Assembly: GCA_951406725.2 (NCBI GenBank)
Contig: OX597823.1
Coordinates: 46,748,001-46,812,000, forward strand
Origin: Octopus vulgaris
Lineage: Eukaryota
Direction: 5' to 3'
DNA: 64,000 nt
Below, in pieces: positions 55,351 through 64,000 of the stretch. The notes beneath the pieces are model-generated. The model searched no databases, was not told the DNA's origin, and saw nothing but the letters and a program-made list of their open reading frames with translations. Every line of letters starts with the position of its first letter. Within the stretch, counting starts at the first letter, position 1. The position numbers and the translations under genes were made by a program.

Positions 55351-57978
55351 TGTGAGAGACTATGCATATCAGAAAGAAGCACACACAAATGTTAAGTATA
55401 ATATCGGGAAACGTTATACTGACATATACGTGAAGGAAGGACAAGCATTCTCATCGACAACTTATACAAATAATTCATATACAAACACAGTCAAGCATTT
55501 TAAATATCAGTTTTCTGTGTGAGCCACTCGTAATTGTCACTGCAATTTTGACCCCCCTCTCTCTCTCTCTTTCTCTTTCAGTGAAAGATGAATTTCAAAT
55601 ATTAAACGTTTCGAGTGTACGTTCTTCAGTCTATCAACACCTGCTTAATTTACCTAAATCCATGCCATTGACTTCAGTGACTTTCCTCAGCGCAACTTTG
55701 TTTAATAATTGCTTTCAGACAAAAGTTCACATCAATACGCGTACATTTATACTTAAATCAGCGTAAAGACAGTGCTATAAGAATTGGACACAGAAACAGG
55801 AATGTCAGAGGAATCAATTACATACATATTGATTAAAAGTTTGGTTGGATGTATAAAAGTACACGAAACTACATATCAAATAATACTCTGATAAATGCAT
55901 GTTTGCTCACATAAATATGGATGTAAGACGCTGATATATCATTCACAGTCATCCTGGCACAAAAACACTCACAGAACCTACAAGAGACGAACATTCAAAT
56001 AAAAGGGAACTGCGCACACACACACACACATATGCACAATGCACTCTTATACACAGTCATAGAGACAAATACGCATGCGTGCTCTACTCGCAGCTCTGTT
56101 GCAGATTTTGCAAGAGTAATGCTGGAATAGAAAGTTGAGAATTTAACTTGCTAATTTTTCCTGTTTATACGATATCCTTTGCGCCCCTCTGCGTTATATT
56201 GTAAAATCTGTAATGCCAGACAGGCATACAACTCTCACTGAACTATCAAAAGAGTTGCGTCAAACAAGGGTGACGAAGAAGCTGCATGTGATGCATGAAG
56301 ACTAACAGAAATGACAAAATGGATAATGATGCCAAATAACTATGCCAAATAGAGAAAATTCAGAAAGGAATAAAGGAAGTCGAATCGAAGAGAACTGGTT
56401 TCTTTTTGTCTTTTTTTTTTCATCCTGTACATGACTCGCTTTATTGCCGTTTAACGTGCTCACATCCACTATCAGGAAATACCAAGTCACTAGAGCTTTA
56501 ATCATCGCAATGGCAGACGCTTTTAATCTATCATCTTATTTCTTATAATGACCACCTTCTGCTAGTCTCATTCTTGCCTTTTCTAATGGTGGTCCATTAC
56601 GTAAATGATGTTATTATAGTTTGGCACGTGAACAAACCGTCACTGTTACACTTGATTATATTTAAAAAGCAAACGCATAAGGAAGGACTGAGTGGAGGTA
56701 GATGTGTTACACTTATGGAGATTGGCCATTGGAATGAAAAAGATACTATAGAACATTTAACACGTAACGAATAGTATAAGATATTGTTCTCACAACATTT
56801 AAAACATTTAAATGTAAAAGCTGACTCAATCGTTTTAGATACATTTTTAAAAGTTAGCAACAGCAAATAAACATACTAAATAAAAATATCTCCTTTAAAA
56901 TGAAATACAAATGAATGTGTCTATATTTAAGTTTTTGTATCAGCTATTATGTGAGGATATCTTATGTCGGTTAATTACCGTTAAGTCAATTATAGCGTAG
57001 TGAAACTTTGAGACGATTTCAACCTAATTCATTATACAAAAGTACACGAAACTGATAAATTATGTAAAAGTGCTCAATAACAATTATGTGTGTTGCTCAG
57101 TTGCATTTTAAAGAAAACCGACTTATCTTTCTCTATGTTGTAATCTGTCGATGGTTTTGAAAATTCTAATGTCTTTCGCAAACACTTATCTGAATCTTTT
57201 TGCAAGAAGAATGGCAACAACAACAACAACAACAACAGCAACAATGGTTTCTGACTTAGATACAAGACCAGCAATTTTGGAGTGAGTGAGGTTAGTCAAT
57301 TACATGGACCTCAGCACTAGACTGGTACTTTATTTTATAGACCCCGGTTGAAGGAGAGGCAAAGTTGATCCCGACAGGACTCGAACTCAAAACGTAGAGA
57401 CCAGGAAGAAATACGCAAGACATTTATTCAGATGTTCGAATGTTTGTTCCATCCCGCTGCTTTCAAGGTGGAGGAGGTTTCTTTATTCCCCACCAAAACT
57501 CACAAAAAAATAAGGATATTAAAAGACCAGGTTACGAAAACAAATTTTTTTTTTTAATGTAAATAAAATACATACAAGCACAACATGGTAACAATAAAAA
57601 TATAAATAAATCAACTTTCCCAATAGAAGGGAAACATCCGGGGTTACTCGTGGAGACCTCATAAGGCATTGTTATCCTCACTACAAAAGCATATTTGTTT
57701 TGCCTGCATTTTACTTATCAGTTTTAAAACATAACACTTCTTATAGTACAGGGTGACACCAATATCTTTTATGTGACAGGATGAAACCAATATCTCTTAT
57801 AACAAGTCTTTTCCTGATAGTATTTCGAAGTATTTACATTTTTTGGATAGAGCAACTGTATAAAATTTAAAACTGATATATTCAACGGATATTATTCGCT
57901 GTTGTTTTGTCGGCGCTGCGATACCAAAATACAATAATTGCTTTGATAAAGCAGTAATAACAAGTCATATATACATTA

Positions 57979-58372
57979 CTAGTAGTATCGCCCGGCGTTG
58001 CTCGGGTTTGTAAGGGAAATAACTATATAAGCATTTTTAGAGAGTTATAGCCAAAAAATAGCAAAAAATGCATTAAAAATGGAAAAAAAATGATGGTAAT
58101 TTTTTTTTTAATTGTTGACTCATCGTAGACATTTTTAGAGAGTTACTTCCCTTATATGGATTAACAAATGCATTAAAATAGAAAAAAAGATGGTACATTT
58201 TTTTTAAAATCGTAGACTCATCGTAGACGCGCGCTAATACCCAGAAGGGCTCGATATGAATCACGACTATAAGATACCCGGTTTTGGTTAAACTGCACCG
58301 CAAAATGTGGGAGTAGTTAGGAATCTAAATCGTAGGAGACAGACACACAACTTGACTTTTATATATATAAGA
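57979..58372 (-). mobile_element. Non-autonomous Helitron
   Basis: Minus strand A|TCttatatata...cccgagcaacgccggg hairpin...CTAG|T; no TSD; internal tandem duplication. Confidence 0.9.
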
Positions 58373-59665
58373 TTTACATTTGACGGATACAGGTTGGCAC
58401 CAGTGACGTCGCAACTCATCTCTACAGCTGAGTGAACTGGAGCAACGTGAAATAAAGTGTCTTGCTCAAGAAAACAACACATAGCCCAGTCTGGGACTTG
58501 AACTCACAACCTTATTATTTTAAAACAGTAGAGGAGGATTTAACTGCAATTTCTGTCAGATATGTCGTAGAGATTTCTTCGTTGGCTCGCTTTTCCGGTA
58601 GTGAACGATCAAAAAATAAATGATTAAATTTGTGTAGAAAGAGCTATCAGTCTACCCAGAGACTGTTCTTCTGTTAATACTCAGGTTTGTGTTCTCATCT
58701 GTTGTTCAAGATATTTAAATAAGATGCTATAATTAAAATTATCAGTTTTTGGTTATCTTAATATAAAGTGATTAAAAGAGAGAAAATGTAAACTTGAATT
58801 TTGTTTTATATTGAATTTGAATTATTAATATTATTCAACTTGCAATAAGAAAAAATATTGATTATGGAAGCAGGAAAGAAAATTATCAATTCAAGTTAAA
58901 ATAATATGACTTGTTCTTAATTTTGATATTTTGTGCTGCATTTTTACAAATTTCACAAATTTCTGCAAATGAGTACTAATATTTCATTGACTACTTCTAG
59001 TCTGTTGTTATCTAACATTGACTAATATTGATATGAAGCGTTCTGTTTCATAGTAGTGGGGTGTAGTCAATAACACAAATCTCATCAGAAGAAATAAGCG
59101 CGTATATAACTTTCAATTACGATTTTTGAGTTTTAAGCATGAATACTGTCTAAAACCTGTAGAGAAACCCATTCGCGTGTATGTCTTGCGTGGATTTTAG
59201 CTATTGTCAGCTATCGTCAAACTATTCATTCAAACAGGAAAATGTACCTTCTTGAATTGCACAGCCTGCAAGCATTTGCATATTCTAGATTGCAGCACTT
59301 TCTTTTGGACATTTGCCAAGAACTCCTCTTTGCAAAATTCTTCTACCTACTACTTCTTAGTGATATGTGGAGACATACATGTGCACATTACTGCCGTAGA
59401 AAAAAGCTTCCATATCTTCTACTCGTTTTTCTTACAAATTCACGATAAATACATTTAACAAAGCTTAGTTTCTCCTCCATCATCACTACTCGAAATACAA
59501 TACACATTGTGTGAGAAAACACTTCGGATTTCTTCAAATTAACCAGCCCACACGATCTAGTATTGATCTTTTCAAAAAACCCTAACATTATATTTCATAT
59601 CTGCCTTCTACTTTCACCTTATGTTAGAAAATATTTTCTCTTTGTGCTGATCTACCTCTATGAAA

Positions 59666-59975
59666 TTGCTAAATTTCAATCTCTCGCTATCCTTTCCAGT
59701 ATTTCAAAATAATGAAAACGTTCGTTAGTAATTATATCCAACACTTTGAGTTTCTTTTCCTCCTCGAAAGAGTTTCTATAATACATCCGTAGAGTTTACT
59801 GGTCGTCTTAACTCCTTTTTGTATGGGAGTAGAAACATTCTGGAGAAAAGAACCTTTTCATGTGCAGAAGGTATTCAACTGACTCTGATAGCGCCCTCTT
59901 ATGACAGAATCATTAGCTGATTTGTTTGCTTTTTATGATTTTACAAACGGTGTAGTAGAAATTTTGCTAGATAGT
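59666..59975 (+). repeat. Partner arm of the 310-bp inverted repeat
   Basis: See 54402-54711. Confidence 0.95.
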
Positions 59976-61481
59976 TTATGAAGAAAAGAATGCTTGCTGA
60001 ATACTTTTACAAATGATTACCAGCACGTCAGGAATGAAGAATATGCACATAACATGTTTGTTTTACGAGGAAGGAAAGCTGCGAATAAGGCTAATCACAT
60101 GAATAAGATTCTTATCTGACAACTGTAATATCAGACGACACAATCACGGACAAGATTTCATCTGTACAAGCATCTGGTTTTGTGTTCTGTGATTTCGAGA
60201 TGACAACGTTATATAATCAAACTTGGAACGTCTTTGAGAATATTTGGTAATTGAATTTCGCTTGAGAATAATAATAAAGATATTTTTATCTGTCTAGAAC
60301 TAACAAAAGCTTGAGGCATTTAATACATATGGCGCTAGTGAACTTGACAACAGGTTGGGCTATGTTCAATGAAACTAATACCGAAAGAGCACGTTTGAGA
60401 GACACTTTAAAGGTTTGTTTCCGTAATGTTCATGCTAGCAGTAAAACATGACAAATATTAGCATGATATGAAAGCTACGTTGTTATACGAAAACAAAAAC
60501 TTCTAGCTGGAAAGAGACTAGTGTGGTGTCAAAACATACTGGACACCTGCTCTCCTACGTTACTCAGCAGTGTCCAATACTTTACATTCTGTAATTATTG
60601 ATCTATTCGTTTTTTTACTAACGAAGCGCACTGCTATGTAAATGATATTACATTTTACATCTGCTTCAATTTTCTCATATTGTTTTTTCATGGAATTTAT
60701 AAGTTTTACGCCTCAAACCAAATCTACGCTCCTCCTGAGAGCAAAGACTTCAAGAAGAATCATGAATAGGGATGTGAAAATTTTGACTCAAAAAAGCACA
60801 ATCCCTAATCATATAAAGAAAACAATTTGGATCTCAGACCTCTTCGAATGAAAACAAGACACGTAAGTTTCCTTTTATCATGATAAAACAGGCAGTTAAA
60901 ACTTTTGAAGCCACTAAAAATTAAAGCTCAAACGAAACTTACAATGGGGATGCTGCGCCCATGTCTGAAACGGGCAATAATGCTGCAAGTCCCAAATATC
61001 CTGGACCATATCCAACGGACTAACAATAGCGCATTCACCAACGTAGTACCATATGTAATCTTCAAACAAACAATTAATTCTCGCTGCATTTCAAACCGCA
61101 GCTACGTCAAACTTTGCCCCTATGAACCAATTTGCATCTCTAGAGGCTCAGCCGACACTCACCTCAAGTACTCTAGCTACTTTCTGATATTCACAAATCT
61201 AGACTCGCACTAATATTCATGGCTAAGCATTTTAAAATTTTGCTGCAGGAGTCAACTTTTATACAATGTTCAAGCTGGACATAGAATAAACCTGTACCTT
61301 ATAAATCTAGTCTTCGAAGGCCAGGAACGATTATGAGCTTACCTGACTGAACCACAAACATATTGGCAATAATCATCGGCCGTTCATGTCGAGGAAATAT
61401 GTAATACGCGCACACATCCATCTATCCATCAACCCATCCATGTGAGTAGATTTGGTAGAAGGAAACTGAAAGAAGCCTGTC

Positions 61482-61529
<48 letters not shown>

Positions 61530-62735
61530 CTATACATACATACTTGTGCGCGTGTGTGTACCCCCACCACCGTTTGACAACTTAGTGGTTCAGCAAATAA
61601 GACCAATAGAATAAGTATCGGGCTTTTAAAAAGTATTTGCAGGGGTCAATACATTCGATTTAAAATTCTCCAAGGCGATGCCCCAGCAGGGACGCATTCT
61701 AATAACTTAAACGAGTAAAAGATAAAAGGTATATATATATATTTGAACCGAGTTGTAGTAGGTGGTTTGTGGAAGTCGTCCCATCAGCGCTAAATCGCAG
61801 CCTGTCGGCAAACAGGCATCAGACTTGCATTGAGAATTTGTGGTCGACTATACAGACACACACACAAATATTTTTGGTATTTCTGTACTCATTGATTATA
61901 ATTATATGTTTCATGCTCCATAATTAAAACTATGAAATTCAGCAAAATATTTTACCTAGTGACTGTTCCTAAATAAATAGTTAAAAGTCATAAAAGAAAA
62001 CATTTATTTTCGAGCTAGAATTATCTTTTTCACAAGATATAGTAACATATCTTTCAGACTTTGTTAGCATTTATTGTGTTTTATTACTGGCATGAACCAC
62101 ATTACGGAAATAAACCTTTAATATATCTCTCTTAAGATATTGGTTTTATTTAAAACAGTCCATGTTGTCAAGCTCACTAGCGCCTTATAAATTTAATAAT
62201 GCCTCAAGCTTTGGTTAGTTGTAGACAGATAAAAATAACTTTATTATTGTCTAACAGAATTGAATTACAAAATATTCTCAAAGACGTCCCAATTTTGATT
62301 ATATAACGTTGTCACCCCGAAATTGCTGCGCACAAAACCGGATACTTGTACAGAATTCTCGTTCGTGATTCTGTCGTCTGATATTACTATTTTCGGATAA
62401 GACTCTTCTCCTAGGCATGTAAGGTAACTTTGTTCACGTCTTTACCTCCAGGAATAACAACCAATATGTTATTCAAATTTGTTTTCGTTCAGAACATGAT
62501 AGCAATTACTCGTAAAAATAATCAGCGACCATGTTTCCTTTCTTCTTCAAAAAACCTTCATTAACAGTATATATGTCTTCGATGTAGACATATAATATTA
62601 GTCTTTGCTGATGATTTCATAGACAGGTAGGGTTAAGGCACTGTCTTGCGAGAACGTAATCAAACAATATTTTATCCTCGTTAGATACCTTCATCATGTC
62701 AAGCGTTTTTCTACTTCCACACAAGAAAGAAATAT
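59810..62735. repeat. Old inverted duplication (arms ~59810-60520 and ~62005-62735)
   Basis: Collinear reverse-complement blocks gtaatatcagacgaca, tgacaacgttatataatcaaa, acgtctttgagaatattt, aaagcttgaggcatt, ggcgctagtga, tttccgtaatg; roughly 70-75% identity. Confidence 0.85.
61440..61730 (+). mobile_element. SINE family A, 5'-truncated
   Basis: gatttggtagaaggaaactgaaagaagcc, (TA)n, 3' module and taaaaga tail. Confidence 0.8.
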
Positions 62736-64000
62736 CTTTCATTTCGTTTATCTCTTAAAGTTTAAGTTTGATACACCAAGTAATAAATTACATTTTTTTT
62801 TCTACTATGTATCGTTAAATTATGAAATATGGTGTTTCTTTGAGGAGCAAATATCTGTGTGCAGGGGGTGAAAAATGTCGAGAGAAGCGATAGCATATCA
62901 GTGTTCAGTGGTTATTGTGTGTTGGTTAGTGACGACTTTATGTTGTCAGTGTAGAGTATCTATGGGTGTAGCAGTATCGTTGTACCAAACCCAGGAGCTA
63001 CATTCCATTGGGTAGTGAGTTTGTGGAGGGTTAAAGAATTTTCTGTCTCTAAAAATACTAGATTTTTATGCAGATTCCTTTATGATCAAGTTATGCGTTA
63101 ATCTGTGGTTTTGAGGTCTTCGATATTTTCTAGAAGTGTCAGCATACGGCTATGAATTCAGGCCTAATTAGATCTGTTCTAGAGACTATGAACTATGGAG
63201 CTATTTATCCCAGAACTATGGAGCTCATTTACGGATAATTAGCTAAATATATAAATTTCTAAAAATATACGATTTCATTATATAGAATATGTGAATAAGT
63301 ACATACAACAATACACCAAAATCAATTCAAATTTTACTATAATTACCTTTTCTGTTTTTTGTTTGTGCTTTTTTATCTTTTTTCACACAGTCTATAAAAA
63401 CTAAGTAAATTCATTAATTTGAAGATCAGAAAAATAACCCTTTCACCTCCTCCTCCCGCTTTCACCATCTCTTACTCTCTCTTTTTTTTAATACTCTCCC
63501 GCTGACATACCTGCTCTCTATATTCCTCTATTACATCTTTATAGATATTAATAATATCTTCTTCTATCTTTAACTATTACACACAGACACCAAGTACTAT
63601 TTGCTTTCTTTTCTCCCCCACATTACCTTTATTCCTCTCTGTATTTGTCACTACGTATGTCGCTTTGCTTTCTCGTTTTTAAATTATTTTCTTATGTTTA
63701 AGTGCTTTATTTCTTTTTACTAACTTTCTGTTTCACCATTAATGCAAATAAGGGGGATAATTTAGAACGAAACAACGCAATTAGTTTCGAGTAATTACTG
63801 ACAAAATACATACTTATTTAAAGCAACCATTTCCATTTAGGAGTGATTGTTATTCGATGCTTTTAAAGAATCTGCTATTATTTCCATATCCCTGTTGCTC
63901 CGTTGATCCACTCCAAGATTACTATGGTCTATGTTTATTTCTTTTCAAAGAAGTTTTCAATTGCGAACGAGCTCAGCTTGTGATATAACACTTTTACAAG

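Noticed and set aside
54402-59975. Polinton/Maverick or Mutator element defined by the 310-bp inverted repeat
   Set aside because: No AG-type terminus, no TSD, no coding remnants, and one arm is embedded in older duplicated sequence
60905-61213. 102-codon ORF; KYPGPY in another frame resembles the parvoviral PLA2 loop
   Set aside because: No HDxxY motif, neighbouring stops, similarity too short

Overview
AT-rich eukaryotic non-coding DNA (intergenic or a very large intron), saturated with microsatellites and transposable-element debris. The SINE families and the (TA)n/(CA)n/(TATG)n load point to an Octopus (coleoid cephalopod) genome; this is an inference from repeat recognition. I found no intact host gene, rRNA, tRNA or CRISPR array, and almost all listed ORFs are microsatellite or SINE artefacts. 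Supported features: several tRNA-derived SINE families (many with TSDs), an L1/Tx1-clade LINE nested in a SINE head, R4/Dong-like and RTE LINE fragments, Penelope-like elements (RT and GIY-YIG pieces, two hammerhead-like motifs), five Tc1/mariner pieces, hAT and pogo-like MITEs, and two non-autonomous Helitrons. The least explained structure is a set of inverted repeats: a 310-bp ~98% pair (54402-54711/59666-59975) overlapping an older ~0.7-kb inverted duplication, plus two fold-back elements. I cannot demonstrate a new biological system from sequence alone; the best leads are ranked below. All identities were estimated by eye.
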